Positions 1 to 9,273 of a DNA stretch of 64,000 bases are shown here, in pieces. Position numbers and translations under genes: made by a program. Origin of the DNA: Spirochaetota bacterium (GTDB lineage: Bacteria; Spirochaetota; UBA4802; UBA5550). A model generated the notes under the pieces. That model made no database searches and was not told the DNA's origin. It saw only the letters and a program-made list of their open reading frames with translations. How positions within the stretch are numbered: position 1 is the first letter of the stretch; each line of letters starts with the position of its first letter. The DNA is taken from the NCBI GenBank assembly GCA_963664815.2, contig CAXXHB010000003.1:2752001-2816000 (forward strand), given 5' to 3'.

Positions 1-84
1 CCTGTAATCATTTCATCATCAAAAATTAGGATCATCACAAAACATCGATATTATAATACTAAAAAATCTGATTATCTCAGGCAT
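1..84 (-). pseudogene. DUF4160-family toxin-like gene, 5' remnant
   Basis: ATG at 84 reads MPEIIRFFSIIISMFCDDPNF*, resembling the DUF4160 start (MPEISRFxGIIIxMxxDDHNPPH), then breaks off; a related remnant lies at ~4627-4666. Confidence 0.6.
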
Positions 85-200
85 AATTTAACAGCTTACT
101 TTCAGCGATGTCAAGTATCTTTATGATTTGTTAAATACTACGTTTGAGGGAGTTAATATTGTGTTTTTTAAGAAATATTTTTTACAGATTACTACTACAT

Positions 201-507
201 TGTCTGAACACGATTACGGGATTAAGGGATTTACAGGATTGGCATCACAGCGGTTCTTTTACTTTGAAGATTCGCATTGTTCATAAAACCGGCAAAATTA
301 AACCGGTGGTGACATTCCCGTTTCGACTCCGCTCAACGGGCGGTGTTTGAGTGAACCTGCTCGTTTCGACTCCGCTCAACGTATAATGCACGAATGAACA
401 TGCTCGTTTCGACTCCGCTCAACGAGCGGTGCGCGAGTGAACATGCTCGTTTCGACAGGCTCACCAACCGTGATGTCGAAGGGCTTGCCTTGAGCGGAGT
501 CGAAGGG
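201..507. repeat. Composite repeat copy A: ~120-bp leader plus 43-bp REP-like hairpin units
   Basis: Leader TGTCTGAACACGATTACGGG...GGTGACATTCC; TTTCGAC cores at 321, 364, 407, 450 (43-bp period); inverted core TTGAGCGGAGTCGAA at 490-504. Confidence 0.95.
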
Positions 508-621
508 ATCCTGTTTCTTGTGGTAGTGTCAAATACCGAAAACAGTATTATGAAAATTCCTGAATCCTTTAATATCGATTCGGACAGTTGTTGCTTACCG
601 GTTAATTGTCCGCTCCTTGAT

Positions 622-1429
622 TTAAAACAACCTCCCCTGTAAATCATCTTCAGGATAAAATACACCTATTATAATAAATGGATTCCTTGATCTGAAATGA
701 TGTTCCTTAGTTGTTCCGAGAAAGAAGTGAAGATCCTTTTTAATGAATGCATCAAAATATTTTTTTCTCACATCATCACAGGCTTTCCTTTCATCATTGT
801 GTTTAGCCAGACAATTCCAGTACAGCTGTGAGGTCTCCCAGTCAGAAATCATAAGTTTACTTTTCTTCCCATTGATATCTTTAAACCTGTATGAAAAATT
901 ATAAGGTACTTTTTTAACTATTTCAAGATTCTTATGTTCAGGAAATAGAAGCATCTGTTCTTTGTTTATTGCCATAGCTTCTGCTTTGTTCCATTCCCTT
1001 TCAGTTTTTTCAATAACAACATCAATAATCTCAGTTGGTTTAAATACGGCGAGTGAAGTCATGACCGCTCTGTCTTTAGCTTCAACAATCAGCTTTTTCA
1101 TATCGGTATATACTTTCTTCAGACAGATTTCTTTTCTTCTGTCCCATGAGCCTTTATCTGTATCAATAAGATCATGAAGTATAATATTATCAACATTGAG
1201 TGGTCTACAGCTTTCAGGTCTGAAATCTGATTTATTCTTAATCAGCTCAAGCTCAATCCACCGGTATTTTTCGAACTGTTTATCATAGTCAAGTTTGCGA
1301 TATGGGACAGGATAAATCCTGATAAAAGAACCATCCTCTTTAAAGCCTGCCGTGCATACAAGCTCCTGATAAGTTTTTTAAGTAAGCCGGATAGGTCTTG
1401 ACTGTAATAAAAACCTTTTCTTTTGCCAT
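622..1429 (-). pseudogene. Conserved hypothetical protein (DUF488 partner), frameshifted near the 5' end
   Basis: ATG 1429 gives MAKEKVFITVKTYPAYLK; removing one A from the A6 run at ~1374-1379 continues into TYQELVCTAGFKEDGSFIRIYPVPY...KYRWIE...DFRPES and joins ORF 622..1101. Confidence 0.75.
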
Positions 1430-1437
1430 ACCTTCAT

Positions 1438-2325
1438 CTACAGATGGATTATTTTTTCTACCGGGCTGTACTTATCCTGTATGTAATCAGCGAGGATTTT
1501 CCTGTGGCATTTATTAATATCCGCCTCAAAGCATGTAAGCGCTATTCTTTTATATTTCCTGAGCAATTCAAGCAGATGCTTCTGCTGCCCGTCTGTACGG
1601 CTCAGTGTATCTTTTACATAATTTTTGAAAAGGATGCTATAACTGTTATTATCACAAATATTTTGTCTCTCTACGGAGTCTATTCCGAGCTCAGGTATCG
1701 ATACATATACAATACCTGTTTCATTGCAGATATGCTCAAGCCTGCTCTTTGTAAAACCGAACTTCATGCTTCGCGGATTTCTTCGTACATCTGCAAGGCA
1801 CCTGATATCATTCTTTATCAGTTTATTTATATATGCTTCAATACTAATCCCTTCGTACCCGATTGTGCATAAAGCCTTAACCGGCATATGAGGCCTTATT
1901 TTTTCTATTTCTTCTATTTCATCAGGTGAGAGATAATTTTCTTTAACCGAACTGTTTAGCGCGTAATATGGCGCAAATGTATATACATAATGCATAAGTG
2001 CATGGCCGGTTTTAAGCTCCATGCTTTTGCTCTTAACTTTTTTTATCCGGTCACGGTCTTCAGGTATAAGTTCCTTAAAATAGCTTTCCTGTACGGTTTT
2101 TATTATATCATTCTCATCAATCTTTACAATGCCTTTATTGCACAGAACATTAAGGTCGCTCCATGCGGTGAAGGAATAGCTGCCGTATTTATATGGTACA
2201 AATTCATAGACAGGTTCCTTTTGCGATACGGTTGTCAGGAAGAGATATTTCTGAAGCTCTATCTTTGAGAGTTTACCGTCAAAGGTTTCAAGGAGAGAGA
2301 GGAGGATTTTTCTGCGGTAGAACAT
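1438..2325 (-). CDS. DUF488-family protein with N-terminal winged-helix-like region
   Basis: C-terminal LCTIGYEG...LADVRRNPRSMKFGF...ELGI...ALTCFE...CHR motifs; N-terminal LQKYLFL...FVPYKYG. Confidence 0.8.
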   Translation of the reverse strand: MFYRRKILLSLLETFDGKLSKIELQKYLFLTTVSQKEPVYEFVPYKYGSYSFTAWSDLNVLCNKGIVKIDENDIIKTVQESYFKELIPEDRDRIKKVKSKSMELKTGHALMHYVYTFAPYYALNSSVKENYLSPDEIEEIEKIRPHMPVKALCTIGYEGISIEAYINKLIKNDIRCLADVRRNPRSMKFGFTKSRLEHICNETGIVYVSIPELGIDSVERQNICDNNSYSILFKNYVKDTLSRTDGQQKHLLELLRKYKRIALTCFEADINKCHRKILADYIQDKYSPVEKIIHL

Positions 2326-2400
2326 GGATTTACTTCACCTCGCCTGCTTCAATGATTGACTTCTTTGCAGAAATATTTTTCACATATTTAACTTAACATA

Positions 2401-2428
2401 ATTATAGTATGGCTGCATTTAGTGTCAA
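2401..2428 (-). promoter_or_regulatory. Sigma70-type promoter for the DUF488 operon
   Basis: Minus strand TTGACA-N16-TATAAT, ~75 bp upstream of ATG 2325. Confidence 0.75.
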
Positions 2429-2541
2429 GTCTTTAAACAGATTTGATTTTCTAATAAAGACTGCATAGATATTTATAATACGTGTGCGCGATGTGGTGAG
2501 ATAAATATTTTTTGTATTTAAGGAATATTTTTTTATTCAGC

Positions 2542-2868
2542 TGTCTGAACACGATTACGGGATTAAGGGATTTACAGGATTGGTATCACAGCGGTTCTTT
2601 TCCTTGAAGATTCACATAGTTCATAAAACCGGCAAAATTAAACCGGTGGTGACATTCCCGTTTCGACTCCGCTCAATGGGCGGGGTTTGAATGAACATGC
2701 TCGTTTCGACTCCGCTCAACGTACAATGCACGAATGAACATGCTCGTTTCGACTCCGCTCAACGAGCAGTGCGCGAGTGAACATGCTCGTTTCGACTCCG
2801 CTCAACGAGCGGTGCGCGAGTGAACATGCTCGTTTCGACTCCGCTCAACGAGCGGTGCGCGAGTGAAC
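2542..2868. repeat. Composite repeat copy B: leader plus five 43-bp units
   Basis: Cores at 2661, 2704, 2747, 2790, 2833; leader nearly identical to copy A. Confidence 0.95.
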
Positions 2869-3356
2869 TATATGGAACCGTTCTTTATGTACTATATTTT
2901 TCTTTATATGGTCATTGATGCGGAGCTTACCCTTTAAAATCTTCGAGTTCTCCTCCATTGTGATGTATCCTGACCTCATTCCCTGACGCACAAGCTCATT
3001 CATCTCATTGATAAACAGGTGGATGAATATCTCCATGATATGCATTTTGTATGTTGCAATGTCAGATTCATTAAATTGTTTGAAAGGTGAATCCTTCACA
3101 GTACGGAGCATTCGAAGGAAGAGCCTGCGGGTATCAGGAACACTCTCCTCCTCTTCTCTTTTTTCTCTATGGATTTTGGGGAGTATCTCAACAACAAGAC
3201 CTGAATCTGTCTGGATTACACCAACATAATTTTTTGACCGAAGGAAGCGGCCAATACCTTTTTTATGTAAAACACACCATCATGCTCCTTCTCTGCAATT
3301 GAAGGAGCAATTACACCGTATTCACGGATTGTATTATGGCATATATGGTGTTTCAT
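2868..3356 (-). pseudogene. mcrC: mcrC 5' fragment with internal 94-bp deletion, truncated at the repeat array
   Basis: Near-identical to 12382-12964; the segment between the CTTTTTTATGT direct repeats (12772, 12866) is missing. Confidence 0.9.
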
Positions 3357-3382
3357 TAACCGGTAATTCAGCTGAACGAAAT

Positions 3383-3625
3383 TTATCGTATAATCTGCAC
3401 AGGATGTATATCCCCTGTTACAGGGAGTTTAAAAATTTCATTCCTTAGGAGCCTTGTTGAAAAGAAGAGAACCTCCATACTTTCAATATTACCTGTATCC
3501 GGATTAAGGCGTGCGATTACATCATCGCCTAATTCTTCTGTCTCCTGTTCAGGATATGGATCAGTAAAATTTATATAGAGAATATCCGCTATTCTATCAT
3601 AATTGAATGTCATTTCTTTTCCCAT
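3383..3625 (-). CDS. DUF2283-family protein (putative antitoxin)
   Basis: YDRIADILYI...ELGDDVIARLNPDTGNIESMEVL pattern; overlaps the upstream nuclease-like ORF. Confidence 0.75.
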   Translation of the reverse strand: MGKEMTFNYDRIADILYINFTDPYPEQETEELGDDVIARLNPDTGNIESMEVLFFSTRLLRNEIFKLPVTGDIHPVQIIR

Positions 3626-3942
3626 TCTATTTCTCCATCACTTAGTTTTCTTGTTATATAAGCTGTGATGATCCAGTCACGCTGTTCAGGCTGAGTATCA
3701 CTTACAACAACTACAACAGTATATTTACCGCCTCTAATATTCTCAAAATACTTTGTAAGCATCCGCGCATTCTGAAACCTTGCACTTTTACGCACACTGT
3801 CAGGATCGAGAACTGTTTCGCAAACTGCCGATTCATAATCGGGAAGCAGTTCAGGATGCTGCTTTTTTATATGTTCATATCTTTCATCTGTTAATACAAC
3901 TTCTCTTTTAAGATACGGACAGAAAAAGATATTCATAATCAC
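3610..3942 (-). CDS. PBECR2/DUF4258-like (BECR-fold) putative RNase toxin
   Basis: LTDERYEHIKKQHPE...DPD...VVVVV...IITAY motif; paired with DUF2283. Confidence 0.65.
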   Translation of the reverse strand: MIMNIFFCPYLKREVVLTDERYEHIKKQHPELLPDYESAVCETVLDPDSVRKSARFQNARMLTKYFENIRGGKYTVVVVVSDTQPEQRDWIITAYITRKLSDGEIEWEKK

Positions 3943-3993
3943 ATTTATCCTTTTTTTTCAAATAGTACAACATATTTTCTCATAAAATTCAGT

Positions 3994-4153
3994 TATCACC
4001 TTATCCAGCAAAACTTCAGTTCTTTATTCCTGTCTATAATATCAAACTCATGATGATCAGAAGTTACCAGATACGCATCCTGATCTTTTCAAATCCCGGC
4101 TCCTTCTGAAAAAAAACAATAACGGAACAGGCATCAAGAAAATATACTTCCAT
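3994..4153 (-). pseudogene. VapC/PIN toxin remnant with internal deletion
   Basis: Starts MEVYFLDACSVIVFF and ends AYLVTSDHHEFD...CWIR*; the middle of the PIN domain is missing. Confidence 0.7.
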
Positions 4154-4383
4154 CAGCGTTCAAGCTCCTTATCCATCTGCTTCTGTTTTAAAAAAAATTC
4201 TGTATTAAACCTGCTCCCTTTTAAAGAGCCGCATGCCTTTTCAATTATTGCTTTTGATGAAGTTTTCTGCTGTGTCTGAAATACCAATATAATTTCAACA
4301 GGCCCTTCCGGAATATTAGCAGGTACATCTATTGAAATTTTCCTGCTTTTCGGTACATTTGCTGATAATTTATACGCATTCAT
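4153..4383 (-). CDS. Putative VapB-type antitoxin
   Basis: 76 aa, beta-rich N-terminus (ISIDVPANIPEGPVEIILV), abuts the PIN remnant. Confidence 0.55.
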   Translation of the reverse strand: MNAYKLSANVPKSRKISIDVPANIPEGPVEIILVFQTQQKTSSKAIIEKACGSLKGSRFNTEFFLKQKQMDKELER

Positions 4384-4467
4384 TCTGTTAACCTCACGCT
4401 GAAATTTGTACTATATTAACTATAACGTTCTCTATCGTAAAGATTAAAAATATTTTTACTAATTTCA

Positions 4468-4569
4468 TTAATATATCTTAATGAAAACCTCAGCATCCAT
4501 GCTGTATTCATTTAATTAAGGATTCACCCTGTATGTAACCCAGTCCTCGTAGAAATACTCCTGTAGCAT
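4468..4569 (-). pseudogene. mcrB: Diverged mcrB 3'-end remnant
   Basis: Reads LQEYFYEDW|VTYRVNP*LNEYSMDAEVFIKIY*; intact McrB has LQEYFYEDW...YEDRVTYRINPELNGCSIDVEAFIKIY. Confidence 0.8.
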
Positions 4570-4626
4570 CATTGAGATAGCGGTTATTTCAATATATATT
4601 CACTGTAACTTGTATGCACCTGGCAG

Positions 4627-4957
4627 CCTGTAATCATTTCATTACCAAAAAATCTGTTCCGAGCATAATTAAACTCCTCCCTTTCAGCGATGTCAAGTAT
4701 CTTTATGATTTGTTGATTACTACGTTTGAGGGCAGTTGATATTGTGATTTTTTTAGAAATATTTTTTATAGATTACTATTACACTGTCTGAACACGATTA
4801 CGGGATTAAGGGATTTACAGGATTGGCATCACAGCGGTTCTTTTACTTTGAAGACTCACATGGTTCATAAAACCGGCAAAACTAAACCGGTGGTGACATT
4901 CCAGTTTCGACTCCGCTCAACGAGCGGTGCGCGAGTGAACATGCTCGTTTCGACAGG
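4627..4957. repeat. Composite repeat copy C, extended duplicate of 1-457
   Basis: Homology to window start begins at CCTGTAATCATTTCAT; leader at 4785; cores at 4905 and 4948. Confidence 0.92.
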
Positions 4958-5148
4958 TCCAGAATCATCATTTATGAATTTAATACATACATTTGTTTCA
5001 AGCAGATATTTCATTTTATAGTAATCCTTTCAATAATATCTCCCTGAGTACCTCTGATTATTTCTTCGCTGTTGCCTTTATATTTTTCAAGCTCAGGTAT
5101 AACAAGCCTGCCTGACTTTATATCCTGTTTAATTTTTATTGCTATCAT
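4958..5148 (-). pseudogene. vapB-like remnant plus truncated vapC start
   Basis: 5148-5011 MIAIKIKQDIKSGRLVIPELEKY...; ATGA overlap into MKYLLETNVCIKFIN (PIN start), cut by the repeat at ~4957. Confidence 0.6.
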
Positions 5149-5183
5149 GAACAAGCCTCCTTTACGTCAATGCCTTAGCTACT

Positions 5184-5420
5184 TTATAAAATCAGAAGCT
5201 CTGTTTTTTTATTATCAGACTCGTTTATAAAGGTAAATGGTTTACCTTCAAGTACACCCAACTGTTCACCTGCATTAAGCAGTTCTATCCCGTAAACCTT
5301 CCCGTCCGGCGCTATATCTATATTCAGCTCATCACTTATTCTGATTGTTTTAACATTCTCAACCTTATCACGCAGTCTTATATATCCAATATTAAACTTT
5401 GAATCATAGCTTATTTCCAT
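5184..5420 (-). CDS. DUF2283-family protein (putative antitoxin)
   Basis: MEISYD...YIRL...LNIDIAPDGKVYGIELLNA motif. Confidence 0.85.
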   Translation of the reverse strand: MEISYDSKFNIGYIRLRDKVENVKTIRISDELNIDIAPDGKVYGIELLNAGEQLGVLEGKPFTFINESDNKKTELLIL

Positions 5421-5430
5421 ATACTACCTC

Positions 5431-5685
5431 TTAATTAAAAAACTTAACAATAGCTGTTATTACAAGCCAGCTATTATTTTCATTAATTCCAAATACTTCA
5501 ATCTGTTTTTGCCTGTAATGCCTGCCATTCCTCTCATTATTATATGGTAAAGTAAGCCGGAATCCCATTCTGCCGAATTTTGCCGGAAACATTTCACCAG
5601 TTAATATGGTTTTAATCACTTCTCCTTCTTCAGCTCCACGCTACTTAATCCGCTGTGCAGCGTGAGGATGCAAAATCACTTCCAT
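5431..5685 (-). pseudogene. DUF4258-family toxin with premature TAG
   Basis: ATG 5685 reads MEVILHPHAAQRIK*RGAEEGEVIKTI...LVITAI; stop at codon 15 (5641-5643). Confidence 0.75.
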
Positions 5686-5849
5686 CGGTTTACTCTCCCC
5701 AATCATGCAATTACCATGTGTGATAATCTGATCCGAAAAAGTAACCTGAGTTTATTCCAGATTAAATCTAATCTAAATATTGAGTTAAGTCTCTTTACGG
5801 ATTGATAATTGTAATACGCCGGAGTTGTATAAATTTAAAAATTTTTAAT

Positions 5850-6038
5850 TGTCTGGGCACGATTACAGGATTAAGGGATTTGCATCACAGCGGTTCTTTT
5901 CCTTGAAGATTCGCATTGTTCATAAAACCGGCAAAATTTAACCGTTGGTGACATTCCTGTTTCGACTCCGCTCAACGTACAATGCACGAATGAACATGCT
6001 CGTTTCGACTCCGCTCAACGAGCGGTGCTTGAGTGAAC
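5850..6038. repeat. Composite repeat copy D: leader plus two 43-bp units
   Basis: Cores at 5960 and 6003; leader slightly shortened. Confidence 0.9.
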
Positions 6039-6068
6039 TTTTATTTGAGAAATATTTTTACAGTTTTA

Positions 6069-6230
6069 TTATTTTTTGTCTTTCGGTGTGGTGATCTTTT
6101 TATCCATGCAGTAGATCATGGAGTTAAGGGCAAACTCCTGCAGGGATATGTCGTGCTCCACACAGAAATGCTTAATCTTCTTATGGAGTTCTTTTTCCAT
6201 TCTAAGGGTTGTCCTGACTTCTTCACTCAT
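6069..6230 (-). CDS. Small ribbon-helix-helix-like DNA-binding protein (53 aa, below ORF-track cutoff)
   Basis: MSEEVRTTLRMEKELHKKIKHFCVEHDISLQEFALNSM...: alternating beta-strand then two helices. Confidence 0.65.
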   Translation of the reverse strand: MSEEVRTTLRMEKELHKKIKHFCVEHDISLQEFALNSMIYCMDKKITTPKDKK

Positions 6231-6330
6231 ACTGCCACATTAATTTTTTTTTTATAAATGTCAAGAAAAACAAATTGACACCAAGACACCATAATGCAAT
6301 GACATTACTACACCATCCGGGAGGTATTGT

Positions 6331-6582
6331 ATGGAAATATTATCTTTCTCTACCAGTAATGTGGAAAACAAGCTTAACGATATATGCGGAGCTATTGAGG
6401 CTATGAAATTTGCCGTTGAGGGGCTGAGGTTCAGAAGCCTTATAAATGACAGCGAGCTTAACGGTCTTTATTCTGTTCTTAAGGATGCCGGGAAAAAGGC
6501 TGAAAGCCTTGCAGGAAACCTCAAGCCTGTGCTTATAGGGGATGGAAGGAGGATTGTTCTGGTGTTCTGCGAGGGCGAGTGA
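6331..6582 (+). CDS. Hypothetical protein
   Basis: 83-aa ORF with GGAGG RBS at ~6320; divergent from the RHH gene. Confidence 0.55.
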   Translation: MEILSFSTSNVENKLNDICGAIEAMKFAVEGLRFRSLINDSELNGLYSVLKDAGKKAESLAGNLKPVLIGDGRRIVLVFCEGE

Positions 6583-6644
6583 GAAGCCTGTATCACTCCT
6601 TATTATCACAGTTTAATTTAACATTTTAGCAAGATTGGTCCCCT

Positions 6645-7496
6645 TTATATCTTCCTGAACCAATCTTCATCAATACTTACCTGCTCAATAAGCTCGGTTT
6701 TAACACCCAGAGACAGCTCTTTCAGCTTCTCTGCCAGTTCATTCCCATCAATCAGATCAATAGGTGGTGCACCATCTCTCTGTGCCTCTTTAATCGCATC
6801 GCGAGTAAAAGAACCTGTGGTAATAAACAACCCCTTATCAGCCCTACCCTGCAAAGCTCCGCGAAAATCCCTTATATCTCTTGCAGCAACAACACCCTTA
6901 TACCTTTTACATTGAAATAACACATGGAAGCTGAGTAAGCCGCCGATTTTCATTATACCTTTACCATCAATTCCGCCATCTCCGCTTTTACCTGTGACTT
7001 CAACCTGGGTAAAACCTGACTCTCTTAGTAACCTCTGTGTTAATCTTTCAAATTGTGACGGTTCAATAGAAAGAAGAACTTCATTCAGGTGATCAATCCA
7101 GGTCGTTCTTTCATTAATTTCAGTTTCTGTATCCTGTAGCTGTTCTTCAAGTTTTTCGGTTGTCTTATCTTTAGATTCTTTTTCTCTTATAGCTTTTACG
7201 ACTTCTTTAGGATCAATAACAATAGGTTTATCTTTTATTTCAATCAGGGACCAAATACCTCTGGCAGAATTTTCAAGGAGTCCATATTTCTTTAAATATG
7301 TTTTTGTCCATGCAAGGCGATAATCAACTTCAGACATTGAACCGCTTTTACCATGAGGTATTTCAATAATAGAGTCAGGTAATGACATCAACTCAACAGT
7401 TTTGTTATTAATCTCTTCAATTGTTCCGGAACCGCCAAGCAGATGGAGTGCCTGAAGCAGTGGATTCATCATGCTATCATATGTTGGAATTTCCAC
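6645..7496 (-). CDS. mrr: Mrr type IV restriction endonuclease
   Basis: Mrr_N (PTYD...YRLAWTKTYLKKYGLLE) plus Mrr_cat (GDGGIDG...QCKRY...GLFITT). Confidence 0.93.
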   Translation of the reverse strand: MEIPTYDSMMNPLLQALHLLGGSGTIEEINNKTVELMSLPDSIIEIPHGKSGSMSEVDYRLAWTKTYLKKYGLLENSARGIWSLIEIKDKPIVIDPKEVVKAIREKESKDKTTEKLEEQLQDTETEINERTTWIDHLNEVLLSIEPSQFERLTQRLLRESGFTQVEVTGKSGDGGIDGKGIMKIGGLLSFHVLFQCKRYKGVVAARDIRDFRGALQGRADKGLFITTGSFTRDAIKEAQRDGAPPIDLIDGNELAEKLKELSLGVKTELIEQVSIDEDWFRKI

Positions 7497-7651
7497 AGTA
7501 TAACCCTTCCTTATTGAATCAAGAAATATAATTAACTTCTATATTTTACAAGTTTTTTATAAAAAGATTAATTTAATTGCTGGTTAAATGTTCGTATTTT
7601 TAATATAGTTTCAGCTTAAGAATTAAAAGGATACCGGCTAATAATAATTAA

Positions 7652-8963
7652 CTTGAGTTAGGCGTTTTTTTAAAAGAAAAAAGATAATGGGGCAAAAAAT
7701 AGTATTAATTTTTTACCCCATTATGAATAGTATTTTAAAAACTCTAATGAATAAAAAAATAAACAACAGATTACAGAAGACAAGTATTTTACAGCGGCGA
7801 AAGAAATTTTTTCAAAACCGCAAATGAGGCATTTTACTAAGATGCTGAAAGGGATAATAGAATATGATGGTCGTCATACAATCTCAAGTATCAACTCCAT
7901 TCAGGTTGACACAAGAGATGTTAGTAATGATATAAAGTTTATAAGAGATACAGCTTGGACCTGTAAAGATCTTTTAAGAGTTAACAGGAATTTTTTAAAA
8001 TGTATCGCTAAGAAAAACGGGACAGGCTTTTTAATAATAGATGATACTGTGATAGAGAAGCCGGGAAAACCGAAGAAGATAGAAAGTCTCGGGTGGCATT
8101 ATTCTCATTCAAAAGGCAGAACGGTATATGGTCACAGCTTGGTGACAAGTCATTATAGATCAGGGGATATATCTTTCCCATATGATTTCCGGTTTTATCT
8201 AAATGAGAAAGTGGCAACTGAATCCGGAGAAGTATTTAAAACAAAACCGGATATAGCATGTGAATTGATAGATAAGTTTGAACCTTTTACGGGAGATAAG
8301 ATATACTGTTTAGTAGATAGCTGGTACACATCGGAGAAAGTCGTAAAAGCTGTAAAAGACCGGGAATTTGAACTTATAGGAGCGCTTAAGAGCAATAGAG
8401 TATTCCAGTTTAAAGAGCATGGTAAAAAACATAAGCTGTCAGCTTATGTGAAAAACTTAAGAAACTCATCCTTTGAGAAAGTAAAATTAAAGGATGAAGC
8501 CTTCAAAGTCAGACGGATAGAAGTCTGGCTGAAAGGTATCGGTAATGCAATTATACTGATATCAAAGAGAGTCAAGGACGGATCTATAATGTTCATCCTT
8601 AGTACGGATATGAACTTGAATAATGAAGGCATCTTGAAATATTACAGCTTTCGCTGGGATATTGAAGTTGGATATCTTTATTGTAAAGATCGTCTTGGTA
8701 TGAGTCAATACCAGATGAGGAAACTGAAGGCAATAGAAAAATACTGTGCTCTTGTATTTGCTGCGTATGCTTTACTTGAATCATTGAGAGTTGCTAACAA
8801 TGAACAGAGTCTTGGGAAATCTCGACAGTATTTCAAAATAATGAAGAAGCGGGAGTACGTTGATCAAGTGATTATAATGCATAAAAAGGGTGTCTCCAAG
8901 AGGGACATTTATAAAAAACTAAAACTCATGGCGTAGCTATGTCCAAAAAACGCCTAACTCGAG
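7652..8963 (+). mobile_element. IS701-like insertion sequence
   Basis: TIRs CTTGAGTTAGGCGTTTTTT / AAAAAACGCCTAACTCGAG; flanking direct repeat TAATTAA at 7645-7651 and 8964-8970. Confidence 0.9.
7824..8936 (+). CDS. DDE transposase (IS701/IS4-like)
   Basis: LIIDDTVIEK, LVDSWY and RWDIE...K..LG motifs; frame is open upstream to ~7755. Confidence 0.9.
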   Translation: MRHFTKMLKGIIEYDGRHTISSINSIQVDTRDVSNDIKFIRDTAWTCKDLLRVNRNFLKCIAKKNGTGFLIIDDTVIEKPGKPKKIESLGWHYSHSKGRTVYGHSLVTSHYRSGDISFPYDFRFYLNEKVATESGEVFKTKPDIACELIDKFEPFTGDKIYCLVDSWYTSEKVVKAVKDREFELIGALKSNRVFQFKEHGKKHKLSAYVKNLRNSSFEKVKLKDEAFKVRRIEVWLKGIGNAIILISKRVKDGSIMFILSTDMNLNNEGILKYYSFRWDIEVGYLYCKDRLGMSQYQMRKLKAIEKYCALVFAAYALLESLRVANNEQSLGKSRQYFKIMKKREYVDQVIIMHKKGVSKRDIYKKLKLMA

Positions 8964-9069
8964 TAATTAATTGTGATGAAAGATATACCCATATTAAAAA
9001 TTCGACATTTTATGTTAAGGTATATTGTGTTTGATCCAAAAATCTGGTCTGCAAGCTCGGTTACTGCTT

Positions 9070-9273
9070 TTTCAAAATCAGCTTCATTTCACCAGACTAT
9101 AGTCCCCAATTCCTTTGATACAGTGAACTATTTAAACTTGTCTATATTTTTAAACGGCTCAAAGACTGTGCCCCACAGTTCATTTTCTATATTTACTTTA
9201 CTGGATACACCGTTGTTAAACTTTATCAATATGCTGTATTTACCTATATTTTTACTTCAACCACTTCTATCAT
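9070..9273 (-). pseudogene. DUF2442-family antitoxin pseudogene
   Basis: MIEVVEVK / IGKYSILIKFNNG...LWGTVFEPFKNIDKFK*FTV...GTIVW*NEADF; one frameshift and two stops. Confidence 0.7.

Noticed and set aside
144-665. ORFs 144..350, 333..665, 394..642
   Set aside because: They read through palindromic repeats and have no recognisable protein features
5641-5643. Stop-codon recoding to explain in-frame stops
   Set aside because: Intact genes end in TAA, TAG and TGA, and the lesions involve all three stops plus frameshifts, which fits decay
321-6038. CRISPR or TIGR-like guide arrays
   Set aside because: Variable segments are only 13 nt and recur across arrays instead of being unique; no cas or Nop-domain gene in the window
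201-6038. Integron attC sites (GCTCAAC fits RYYYAAC; co-oriented small genes)
   Set aside because: No correctly paired R''/R' boxes around an L-box stem, and no tyrosine integrase in the window
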